Assembly: GCA_035221665.1 (NCBI GenBank)
Contig: CM069159.1
Location: forward strand, 28,892,001 to 28,956,000
Direction of reading: 5' to 3'
Source of the DNA: Okamejei kenojei
Taxonomy: Eukaryota
DNA length: 64,000 nucleotides
Part shown: piece after piece, positions 1-12,800 of the stretch
How positions within the stretch are numbered: the first letter of the stretch is position 1
Layout: the number at the start of each line of letters is the position of its first letter
Notes under the pieces: generated by a model
Database searches by the model: none
What the model saw: only the letters and a program-made list of their open reading frames with translations
What the model was told of the DNA's origin: nothing
Made by a program: the position numbers and the translations under genes

Positions 1-270
1 TGGAGTTAGTGCGACGTGGAGTTAGTGCTTCTTGTCCGCACTGTCTGTAGCCTGGGCCGCCACTGCAACGGGCCGGTGTCCTTTGACGAATCCCATGATT
101 CCTTGCATTTTTCGGAATACCGAACTCCCTTATTATTGCTTTGAACTGCATCCAAATTGTTAACAAGTCCAAAAGGTTTGGGCCAGTGTTGAAGTTAAAC
201 TTCTCCCTTGCATGTTCAATCCTATTTTATTTACATGAGAATCAGATCTATCTCATGGATGGTGAAACAG

Positions 271-560
271 GGTGGCACAGTGATGTCGAGGTAGAGTTGC
301 TGATTCCATCGCCAGAGACCCAGGTTCCACTCTGACTACAGGTACTGTCTATACAGAGTCTGTACATTCTGCCTATGACCACATGGGTTTTCTCCAGGCG
401 CTCCAGTTTCTTCCCACACATTGGCTTCAGTAATAAAATGTAAATTGTCCCTAGTGTGTAGGATAGTACATTGTATGAAGTGATCGCTGGTCAGAGGGAA
501 CTCGGTGGGTCAAAGTGCCTGTTACCACGCTGTATCTCTAAAGTCTAAAAGTCTACAAAG
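271..560 (+). mobile_element. tRNA-derived SINE (HE1/V-SINE type)
   Basis: tRNA-like head (GGTAGAGTTGC...GGTTCCACTC), conserved body, CR1-like 3' tail; related copies elsewhere in window. Confidence 0.75.
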
Positions 561-768
561 TTACACAAGATGTTTTTGCCAATAATTTCATCCCTTTTGC
601 ACCATTGCTGTTGAATCCTGATTTGTTGCAATGTGCTGTGCTGGTTCTCCAATGTGACTGTAAAGATATCGAACTAAATTTGTAGAAAAAGCTTATGAAG
701 TAGGGTAGATTTATAGAAATTGATTTTTTTTAAAATTTGGACATGAAAATTACCTATTTAATTTTCAG

Positions 769-863
769 CAAGCAAAAATACTTCATGAACTTTGGGAAGC
801 AGATTTGAAAAAACAACATTATGAATTAGCGTTGAAGTCTTTAAATGAAGCAATAAGAGTTTG
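769..863 (+). CDS. TTC3: TTC3-like exon (TPR; QAKILHELWEADLKKQHYELALKSLNEAIRV)
   Basis: ttttcag acceptor, gtaaga donor, phase 0 to 2. Confidence 0.85.
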
Positions 864-3800
864 GTAAGAATTTCCATGCTGAGATTATGGATGGTGTAGA
901 AAATTTTGTCATACTTGTGAATGAGACTAATGAATTGCAGTGGTTGTACACATATTTGGTTTCATGTGAATTAGGAGCAGGAGTGGGGTTGTAAACCTTT
1001 CAAGCCTACCCTGCCACTACATTCGATCATGATATTTCTTTTTGCAAACTTGAACTGCACGCTACGACCTACCGATAGTAATCTTTGACTCCTTTACGTA
1101 TCAAGAATATCTAGTTCCAAATACCTATAACCGTCTGAGAGAATCAATCTCGCCTTGTATTTGTCTTAAATGGGTTAGACCTTGTTTTTAAACGGTGGCC
1201 ACCTGGATACACATTTTCCCACATGAGAGAAAAATCCTTTCCACATCTAGCTTGTCAAGACTCACAAGATCTCATGTTTCAATCAATCCCTCACTCTTCT
1301 AAATACCAGCAGCTGAGCTGCTCAATCTTTCCTCCAAAGACATCTGACTTATATGCAGCATAAACATTTTCAATCTTTGTTGGTTTATCTATAGCAAAAT
1401 GTACAGAAGTAAATGTGGAAAGATTTCATTGAGACAAAGTGGTTGTAATTTCATTAAAGTGATGTATTTATGGAGAGATTGATTACAGTGCACTTTAATC
1501 TTTTTCTATTCTGTCTGATTAATGAACAAAATGCGATACCACAAAATCCTGGAACTTTTTCATTTATGTGAGATTTCCCCCAGTTCTCCACAAAATGTGA
1601 TTTTGTGAAAAACAATTTCATAAGACAACTAAAAACTTGGGTTGTCTATTAGAACATTTACAGTTCATATGAAAATTAGCTTATTTTCTTGCATTCATTA
1701 TTTTTATGGTGCTTTATTGTTAATTGAAATTCTTATGCTATGTGAGTTATAATGTTGATGCAATTTGTGAAATGTTTCAGTTCTAAAAACTGATTTGTGC
1801 ACATTTTTCTTTGCAGTGCTTTCAATCACTTGTTGTATGAGAAAAGATCATATTGCTATTTGCAATTATGTCAATACAAGTAAGTTGCTTCTGCTCTTTT
1901 CTAGACATTCGTTCTTTAATAAAATGTAATTCCAGATTGTGTATTTTATTAATATGTATGGATGGGATGTATTGGGGTATCCTTTGAAGTTAAGTTGGGT
2001 ATATCTGTTGATAAAAGATTAATGCAATGTAATTTAAGGTATCTGGTCCAAGATTGCCAGGGAATTATATGACTTCATTTTTGTTTTGATCTGGTGTAAT
2101 TTCAGATCTAGCTATGTAATTTTACTATTTTGGAACATTTGGTTAATCATGTTTTGATACTGGTTAATTACATAAAAATACCGTCAAATGGCTGTATATT
2201 TCTCTTTACTAAGAAACAAAGTATTCTCATTTATAGACAATTAGGAGACTATTGGGCCTCTTATTTTGTTTTAGGATTTTTTGTTCTGAGAATTTAAAAG
2301 TATTCTGTTGTTAATTTATTTGAGTAAAAATATACATAGCGGTGTTCTGTCTCAAAATGGAGAATATTTTGTTCAATTAATGTCATTATGAATATCACCA
2401 CATTGGATTTTATATAGTTAACATTGCATTGCTTGTTGCTTCACAGAAAAGCATGGAGTGATGCAAAGCGGTGCATTGTCCTGAAACCTCATTCCATTGA
2501 GGTATGTAAACCTGGTACATTATACTCAGTTTCTGTTTCTGGCAAAGCATGTCCAAAGTATCATTGATCCCTCTGCTCTTCAACCCATGTGATTTCAAAT
2601 ATTTGCAAACTTTAATATTTGAAACTATGTTTAAAAAAACTGTGGAACGAAGTTTTAGAATGACCACACCTTCTGCGATCACAGTTTCCTCGCCAAAAAG
2701 GCCTCAGTAACAACAGTTCCTTTTAATGTTTCTTTTTTCCCTTTTAGGGCCATTATCTGTTTGCCGGAGCGCAGTGTGGAAAAGGATGGTATACACGCGC
2801 TTTGAAGGCTAATTCGTTGGGTATTCGAGACTGTCAGAGGAAAGGACTGAACATAAAAGGTTTGACAGAACAGCGAGAACTGATTCAAACTGAACAATTA
2901 CTTTCGTCGAAAGGTTTGTCAAAATTCCCACACGATGTATTTGCATGCTGCAGTGATATTCTGCATCAGTTTAATAGACAGCAACAAAATATATCTGAGA
3001 AAACAATTATTGCTGTATCAGCATCCATTCAAGCAATAATAAAAGTTAAGGAATAATTGATAGCATTCAGTGAAAACCTATCTTCCATAACTTAGTTTTT
3101 GATGCTTAATTTGTATTCTGCTGAAAGACTTATATCTGTACATCGGCAAGACCAAGCAGAGACTAGGTGACTGTTTTGTCGCACATTGGCGCCAGCAACC
3201 TCCATCTCCTTTTTCACCCTCTATGTCGCATATGCATTTGCACCCATTCTCCCTTTCCCATGTCCTCTTCCACCTATATTCCTTCTTCTGGCCACACAAT
3301 TTGCACTTCATTCATTACCTCATTCCCTTTGTCTCTTTTTCTCTGGCCTTTTTGTCCAACCATCTACCTATCAAAACTGCCCTCGTCTGTGTCCACCTAT
3401 CAAAACTCTCCTCATCTGTATCCACCTATCACTTGCCAGGCTTTGTGCTGCCCCCACCTCTCTCTCCCTTCTCCCTCCCACCCCACCACAATTAGTCTGA
3501 AGAAGAGTCCCAAATCCAACCTCTTGCCTATCTATGTTCTCTAGAGATGCTGCCTGACCTGCTGACTTCCTNNNNNNNNNNNNNNNNNNNNNNNNNNNNN
3601 NNNNNNNNNNNNNNNNNNNNNNNNNNNNNNNNNNNNNNNNNNNNNNNNNNNNNNNNNNNNNNNNNNNNNNNNNNNNNNNNNNNNNNNNNNNNNNNNNNNN
3701 NNNNNNTTCTTCAGGAAGAAATTGCGATTGACAGAGTAATGTTATGTCCGGTCATACACAAAATGATTAAGTTTGTGTAAATACTTACGAAGTACAAAGT

Positions 3801-6800
3801 AATAGCACCTGTTTTGGAAACTGAGATTTAATGAATAAGTGTGTCCTAATTCCACATATTTTCTGCTTGTGTTCAGAGAAACGAATTGGGAAAACGGAGA
3901 GTGACAGGTAGAATGTTTTACGTTTTCTTTTCTGTTTTTTTATTGTCCTAAGTTAAATGATTTAATTTGAAAAATTATGTCTTTCTGATTGACTAAATCT
4001 CCTAAGTAATTTATTATAATATTTATAAATCAAGGGCCATGCAGTGGCACAGCGGTAGAGTTTCTGCCTCCCAGCACCAGAAACCCGGGTTCAATCCTGA
4101 CCATGGGTGCTGTCTGTGTGGATTTTGCACATTTTCCACGTGACTGTGTATTTCCTCCAGGTGATCCAGTTTCGTCCCACGTCCCAAATATGTGTGGTTT
4201 TGTAGGTTAATTGGCCTTTCTAAATGTTCCCAGTGTGTGTAAGGAGTGGATAAGAAAATGGATTAACATAGAACGTATGAATGATAGAACGTGGACTCGG
4301 TGGCTTGAAGGGTGTGTTTCCATGCTGTATCGCTGAACCATACTAATGTTTGGAAACTGTGTTCATATCTAGTTTGAAAGAAAGCACTGATACTGAGAGT
4401 TCCACACCTGAAGAGGATGATGAGGATGGAGATGATGAATCTAGAGAAGATGATGTGATCCCTTCAGTTGATGGTGAGGATGCATGGCTGGAAAATACTA
4501 AAGATAATGATCGGGCTGAGCCGGAGCAAAATGAGCATTCTCAGCCTTTTGATGTAAGTTCACAATTTATCTCTGAGGTCTTGTTTAATTTAATTCAGCC
4601 GGTTACATTCCTCCCAAAACATTGTCATCATAAAATTTAATCCTGCAGTTATTTTGGTCAGGTTAAGTGGCAGATGTGAGATTTTACTGCTTTATTCAAA
4701 ATAAATTGGTGTTTCCAACAGAGGAGTTATTTACTTCAATAACTAAAAATATGCAGCAGGGCTGTAACAGAAACCATATCATCTGAAGTAAGGTCCCAAT
4801 GCGAAACATCCATTTTCACCTGAGATGCTGCCTGACCTGCTGAGTTGCACCAGAATGTTGTGACTTTCTTTGGTATAAACCAGCATCGGCAATTCCTTTT
4901 TATTACATAAAATCATATTGTTAGTTTAACTGATCATGACCTGTCAATTTGAACAGTAATATTCATCTATTTATTTTGTGGATAAATTATTGAATTGGCA
5001 TTTATGTGTCTCCACGCTTTCTCGATTTATACTTGCATCAAATAGAAATTTGCAATTTTATTTTTTTGGCTCTTATTCCCAACCCTGTCAATTTAATTTC
5101 CCCATTGTCTATATTTATTTAAGGCAACAAGTATACAACATCACCTCCCAATGCATTGCTATTATCTATTTTCGTCTATGTGCCTGTGGTTCCCATGGTG
5201 AGTGCCTTGAGGGCTGCTCTTGAGTCATCCCTATTATCATTGAGACATATGGAGCTCTTAACACATTAAGATGCAACTAAAATCTTCATATAACTTCCTA
5301 TGATGATGGACTATCTTAAGGGGGCATTCCAGTGGACTGCTTATTTCTGAATTTTCGGGCAGCACAGCGACAGAGCTGGTAAAGCAGCTGCTTCAGCCCC
5401 AGGGTTCCAGGTTCAATCCTCATCTCGTTGCTGTCTGTACAGTTTGTACATTCACTCTGTGACTGTGTTGGTTTCTCCAAGTGCTCTGCTTTCATCCCAC
5501 ATTACAGACACACAGGTTTGTAGGTTCATTGCCAACCCAATAGGGTAGGTCCTACCAAGGTACACTTCATTCAAGTTGATGGGTCTAGCAGGACCTGACA
5601 GGCCAGAAGTTGAGTTGATGTTTGCTGTGGCTGGACTGTTCCAAAGTAAAACCTCATCTATTCAAGACATGAGAAATGTCTTCATCAGGAGATAGTGAAT
5701 CTTTGAAATGGCCTACCCAGAAAGAATCTGAACACGCAGTCACAGAGATTTGTTTATATTATCAATCTAAGGAATATGGAGAGAGTGCAGGCAAGTGATG
5801 CTGATGTTAAATATTAACCACAGTTTGTCTGAATGGTGCAACGATACGTGGAGCTAATGTCCTACTCCCATGTCTATTAGTTAGATCTAACTCAAACTTC
5901 TGAAGTAGCTTGTATTAACAATACATTTTGTTGAAGAGAGCATACAAGTTCCAAGTGTGGAGTGGAGTTGGACGTCCACCCCCATCTTGCTCACATCCAG
6001 ATTAATGAATTACCAAATAAATATACAAAATTCTATCCTGGTAAGATTTTGTCTGCGAAGGGCATAGATTCATGATATTTTGTTGAATTAGTCATGGGAT
6101 AGCTGCCCTTCGTTCAACATTTCAGCGCCCTGTTGCATATCCATCTTCTTAATCCACGTCAGTTAGTCCAGTAAAGTTAAATGCTGCCAAATCGAGGTCT
6201 GTTCATACAAAGAAAACCCCTTTATGACAGCATTTACTTTCCAAGGACCTATCTGAATTATTCAGCTGCTATCTCATCTTTCCATGTGTCTTCTTTTCCC
6301 CACCTTGGTGTTTCACTGCTGGTAACCACTTACATGCATGCTGCTGTAATAGGAGTCACTTCATTGCATAAACCCCTATCTAAGCAGCATTGATACGCAA
6401 GCAGAATTTTTGCTAATATAATTTCCAACAAAGTGCTGAATAATTAATTTTTTCATGGCAATGAAAAATAGTTTTTTACATAATACCAATGCAAAATTTG
6501 AAGGGTGGTTTTAAATTTGTATGCGATGGTCTAAGCCATTTAAATCGGGCCACCGAGTTGAAAAGTAGGTTAAAGATACACCCAATGTACAAGCATCTGG
6601 CTGATAGAAACAGTGAGTCACATTGTACTTTAGTAGTTTCAAAATTTAGCAAGTTCAAAGTAAAGTATAAGGAAATTAATTATAATAATGAGTGAAATCC
6701 TTGCAATGACAAGTAGTATTTGGTTGAGGTCACAGATAAGTGACACTGGTTCAGTAAAGCTAAAAACTGACATTAAAAACATGTTTCCGTTTACAAGTGG

Positions 6801-9800
6801 GTGGAGGGAAAGTAACTAATTTGTATATTTGTGGAAGGCTGTATTTTCCACCTGTTTCATCAGGAGGTGCAACCTAATTCGTCATAAAACACTATTGAGA
6901 AAGAAGAGGGCCACAGATGCTGCAAAATACTACCATGGCAACTATTTAGTCATTCACCATTTTACTTAATGGCATCTTCCACCGTTGTTAAAATATATAT
7001 ATTTGCAATTGCTTGCTGTACAGGGTCCTAGTTTGATGAGCTTTGTATGCCTACAGAATCATACAGCGCTCCATAGAGAACAGTAGGGGAAAATGCAAAA
7101 GAATGAAAGTTTACATTAAATGGCTTTGATATTTTGACAAGTTTTTTTAGCAATGATATACTGGAAGTGTAGGTTAAATGGCCCCAATGTGCTGTATAAA
7201 CAGCAAAATGTCTGGATAATATATTTTGCATTCAATTCACTGGTGATATATGGTTTCATTTTTATAGCGATTCTTTCGAATAACATGTTTTGTTTTTCAG
7301 ATTCCTTTCCTATCAATGAACTTCAGTGGTAGCAGCTCTGATTCTGAAAATGATAACTTTGACCGATTGAACCAAGGTCATGGATCAAAGATGGTATCTG
7401 GAGGATGTACTTCTGATTCCGAGTCAGACTCCAGTTTGAAAGAAGACCAAGGAGATTTTGCAGTTCCACGTACTTCTGTGGAATCGGACAACCAACAAAA
7501 ATGTATACTTGCAGTTGGTACAAAAACTCCATCGTTCCTGGGTATAGACACTGGAAAAAAAACTTTTATACCTTCTACTGATACTGGAACAACTGCATCA
7601 TCATCTACTGATCCTAGAAAGGACATGAACTCCTCTGTATCTTCTGCAACACAGCCATCACCTGATGAAAGGTAAAGCATTCAAATTAGACAAAGAACTG
7701 TGGATGCTGTAATCTTGTTTAGAAATTAGTGCTGGAGTAACCATGTGGGCATCTGTGGAGGGAATTGATAGGTGACAATTTAGGTCGGGACCCTTCTTCA
7801 GACCGATTGTAGTAAGGGAGAAAGCTAGCTGACCCACTGAATTACTCCACGCTTTGTGTTCTATTAAAATCAAATGTTTTTAATAATTATCTGCTGTCTC
7901 TGGCTTCCAGATTTTAACCTAGGTTGCAAAATTATTCTTTTGGAAGTGTGGGTATCTAAATTTTGATTGTTGTAATTGACAACTACCACTTTTTGTACAT
8001 AATTTGTCCATCACACATTGTACTGCACCTACCTTAAGTATATTTATCTTATTACCAGCATTTGTGTTTCTTTAAAATGTTCTTTTAATAAGTGGCATGT
8101 CCTTGAATCATGATATACTATTAAAAACATTGATTTGTAACACGTGACAAGCAATTATTTTTATTACAGTCGTGTAATGCTCAAGGAAGTGGAACAAGTC
8201 GGTAGTGAGAGCAAGGAGCATGTAGCTTACAACATATCCATAGAACAGCATGAAGAACCAACACTGGAAATGAGTTCAAAGGTAGGAAAAATAAAATAAA
8301 AACTAATGCTTTGCAGGAATTTGTGCAAAATTCTGAAAGTCAATGTTTGATTTGTATTTTATATCTTCAAGACACAACTCAGTTAAGTTTCAGTTTAGTT
8401 TATTGTCACGTGTACCGAGGTGTACCTGGAAAGACAACACCTGATTACAATGGAGCCAATTATAGTGTATAGCTACCTCAAATTTCCTTCTGTTGTAGCA
8501 GGAGCAAATAATGAATCTCAGCTTGCAGCCAATAATCTATAGTATTTGGGTTGACACGTTAAATATTATCTATCGCACAACAGAAAAGAGGGCAGGCTCT
8601 TGTTCCGAGTGATATTTGGATTTGTACTCCTAATCTACATTGAAACTTAATATGAAATGCATTCAATAAAATAGAAGGATCGGAGATCTGAATATATAAT
8701 CAACAACATTTAAAATTAACTTCAGAGGACTTTTCACATGTGCAACATATTTGTAGACTATTGTAATCTTGGGCTGCCTCTTGTTAGTTTTAGCAATTAA
8801 GTTGTTCAGTAAAAAAGAATGCATACGTTTTCAAAATCGAGTTACACTAAAAGATAGAATGTCCAGCATACGACAGATTTGGATTCTTATTAATCTAGCC
8901 AAGTTAAATTGTTGGCTTTGCTACAACCTCAGCATTTCTCTCTCTCGATTCAGCTACTGGATTAAATACAGGTGAACGAGAGACCAGTGAGTTTAACATC
9001 TTTGGTAGGAAAGTTACTAGAGACTATTCGATGGGATCACATATTCATGTACTTAGGTGGACGAGGGCTGAGGGACTATCCATTGCATCTAAGGAGGTGT
9101 AAGGAAGATCATAGAATCTGGGCTGTCACGGAAGTAAGTGCTTTGATCACTCACTTTGCTGACCAGGGCAAGGCTAATCCTAACCCAATGAGTTAAAGTT
9201 GTGTGCGTGGGTTGAGGGAGGGGAATGTGGCCTGCAAGTAACTGTCTAAAAAGTTGAAGCGGAGACCCTCAGCCGCGTTTAAAAAGAGCAGAGAAGCGGG
9301 ATTGACCAAAAGTTAATTTTTGGCGAGTATGAACTTCAGCGGGCTGATTGGTTGCCGTAAAAATTAAATGATCTGATAGACAATTACAAATATGATGCTT
9401 AGAAAAAAAATATTTAGCAATTATTACTGATATCTTGGAGGCATTTCAAAACAACAACAACAGCTGTAAATCATGTACGACATTATTTCCAATTTCATTA
9501 CTCTTATGAGATACTTCCGATTAAGCTGATGAATGAGGAAATTTTACAATGCATTATTAAATGTTATTATTCTCAAAGCAAATTTGAAAGTTTGGCTTAC
9601 TTGCGCTGTCGAGCAGATTCTTCTGATTTCATTTGTTTGAATGTTGGAGTGGACTATATTTATAATGGAACTCCACCTACACCCTGACAATACTTGAGGC
9701 AATACGCAATTTCAAAAAAATGCATAATTGGAAAACGAATTAAAATTTGAAGTGATGCCAATTATTTTTCTCTTTCGTGAGAAGGAAGCTTTATATTCTT

Positions 9801-12800
9801 GTATTTTCAACTCAAAGTTTCAAATAATATTTGTAGGGCACTAACCTTTCAAAAATAAGCTTTTCATCATGCTCAGTTTTTATCTTTGTGTTAATTTTTT
9901 TTTAGTTTTGGTTGTTTGCCAATAGACTTTATTCCAATGAAAAGACAGTATTTTGTCTGCAATTGAACTGCTATAATTTAGCTTTTTAAATTTTACAAGA
10001 ACTTTACCCTCATAATTACTTCTTAACTAGATCTTTACCCTCTTAAAGGCCCTGAAATTCGTACACAACATCATTGGAGGTGCTTTACCACACTTTTGTG
10101 CTGGGATTGTGAGATTTAGATCAGAGATTAGCTATGTGAAGAAGTCAAACAAAATTACCTTGACTTTGACTTCAATCATTTTATAATTTTGCCTTTGGGA
10201 AATAAGGGCAAGAACAGATTTTAACGAAGGCAAACATTTTAAATTATCCATCATTTGGCTATATATCTCAAAACTTGATGGAATTCAGTTAGGGCAGCTT
10301 CAAAGTAGTATCCCAGACATTCTGATCTAAATATAGTTCGGAATTGTAGGACAGTCGACTTTAGTTTAACCCAATACAACTATTGCGGTTTGTTTAGTCT
10401 TCTGCTTATGCATGTGTTGGTCGCATCCTCCTTATCCTGTCAGATTGGATTGTCTGATGTCTGGGTAGAGAACTAACTTGAACATCAGCTTGTTGCAAAA
10501 TTGCTTCAAGATCAGAAATATTTTATGGATTTATGAGAATACTAGACTAAGTGGGACCCGTTGGGTCCCATGTTCACACGGGAGGGCTGGTCCCCCGATG
10601 CAATATTCCACCTCTCCACCAGTTCCAATTGGAGCGCTGGTATGGGTTCTTGGGGTGGCAGCTCAGCCCCTCAAGCCTGATGTGCTGGCAGCTCACTCAC
10701 GGCTGGTGGGCTGGCAGTTGACTCACGGCTATTCCTTGAAATTCCATTTCAAGCAGGGTGCAAGGCCACCAAATTCAAATCCATTTTCCTACCATTTCAG
10801 GCAGGGTCCAAAGCCACCGAATTCAAGTGCAGTTTCATACCACTTCAGGCAGGGTGCAAGGCCACTGAATTCAAGTGCAGTTTCTTACCACTTCAAGCAG
10901 GGTGCAAGGCCACCAAATTCAAATGCCGCTTTATACCATTTCATGCATGGTGCAACGCCAGCACATTCAAATGCAGTTTCATACCATTTCATGCAGGGTG
11001 CAAGGCCACCATATTCAAATGCAGTTTCATACCATTTCAAGCAGGGTGAAACCACCATAAAACCACACAAAACACCAAACACACAGTTCAGTAGACATTC
11101 AGTGTGTTCAGTTTATTCAGAATCGTGACCTCTCCCTCCCCCATCATGCAGAGACTGAGCCACACCCACGCTTCCGGGTTTTATAATCCCTCCCCCTCCC
11201 ACCGGAAAAGGCGTGGTCTTCATGACAGGAGAGAGATTCTCAACATTTTTAAAACACTAATAACGCTTTTATTTTTCATTGATGGGAAGAATCCTCTGCA
11301 CCTGCTGAGCGGAGGGGGACTGAGTAAGATGGTCGAAAATCATAGACATGTGGTAGCGTTTTATCTAAAATCAATATACAGTGCAAACAGGAAGTTAGCC
11401 AAAGCACCCAAGCCACCATTTGCAGTAGTGCCTTTTCACTTCAAGCCAAAGCACCCAAGCCACCATTTGCAGTAGTGCCTTTTAACTTCAACCCAAACCC
11501 CCCAAACAAACATTTGCAGGCAGTACCTTTTTACTTGAAACCAACCATATTTTCATTTTCAAACCACATTAAGGGCACTCACAGTTGAGTAGACATGTGT
11601 CCAGTGCTATTTGGAGCTCAGAGAGATGTGACGCTCTGGTTCCTCCATCTTGCAGAGACTGAGTGAGGCAACCACTTCCCGGTTTTATAGTCCGAGGCGA
11701 AAAAAAATCTTTTGGAATCATTGTCCAGCAGATCCAACAATTAAATTCTCATGTTTCAGTCTTTTTTGAAATTAATAGAAATTATTCTGATTAAATGTAG
11801 AGATGTTGTAACTTCTTATCCAGGAAAGAAAAGTTGCTACAGTTGTTGAATATTACCTTACACTGAACGCACAAAATAATTAACCTTTGGGACCATGAGT
11901 TTCTGAAATTCACTGAGTGACTGCAAAGTTTCTACTTACCCACTGGTGGAGCTGTGCCCTCCAGCCAGTTCGGTGCGACATGTGCGGACGTAATGACGCG
12001 CATGCGCCTGGCGGGCCTTCTTCACGTAGTCACTCACGGGACTCCGAAGTAAAATTGATTTGAATTCCTCCAAGTATAACTTAATAATGGGAGCTGTTGA
12101 TTATTTCTACAGTGGAATATCTGGGAAATTCTCAAAATCCTTTTTATTGTCTTGCAGTAGGTATGACAACAGGATAGTAGATCTCCAACTTCTGTTTTTG
12201 GCTTACAATATTTTCTTAAATGCCTCTATATTCTGGAAGAGGTCACGTGTATATAAATTGAAGTTTTGAATTCAATTAATCCACTGGAATCGGTGTTACA
12301 TAGAAAACTGTCTGTTTCTATGAACTGTTTTCATGGTTGGATTTTAAGGTGACCAACATTTCACTGGCCTTTTGGCTCAGGAACATGATCACTTTACTTC
12401 GAGAGGCTTGTAAAGATTAGAAACATGATGTCAACATTTGAAAATGATAAATATGCACCTTTTATAAGAGACACTATTTCTTACGTTGTGGATTTAGTAT
12501 TCAAAATGCATTAGCTTTTAAAACTTGCCGTTTAAGTAATATTATTTTGTATGTAATATTAGCTCAGATAGCATTGTGCTGCTTTATTGGAATCATGCAT
12601 TTCATGGCATTAATGACAATGTAAAACAGCAATTTTCTTAGACAGTGAGACAAGAATAATCTCATTATATACTTGTTAAACATTTTTAAGTTATTGATTC
12701 ATCTCTTTATGTTGCAGGTGGAAGAAAAGTTGCTGAAATGCAAATTGAAAGAAGCTTCTGAGGCCCTGATGGCATCTAATTTTAGAAATGCTCAGGAAAA

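Larger units (their letters stand above)
10542..11695 (-). mobile_element. Non-autonomous Helitron (3' end intact, 5' end not found)
   Basis: Minus strand ends TGGGACCC-AAC-GGGTCCCA hairpin, CTTAGT, CTAG followed by host T; carries internal tandem arrays. Confidence 0.75.

Noticed and set aside
1-130. CpG-containing stretch with a 12-bp direct repeat as a possible promoter or first exon of the TTC3-like gene
   Set aside because: Truncated by the window edge; no start codon or donor that I could link to the exon at 769
271-345. tRNA gene-like sequences at SINE heads
   Set aside because: They continue into SINE bodies and lack a complete cloverleaf
10478-11128. 216-aa ORF with a 16-aa repeat (YHFKQGARPPNSNAVS)
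   Set aside because: By-product of a stop-free 48-bp array inside a Helitron; non-ATG start and no splice support
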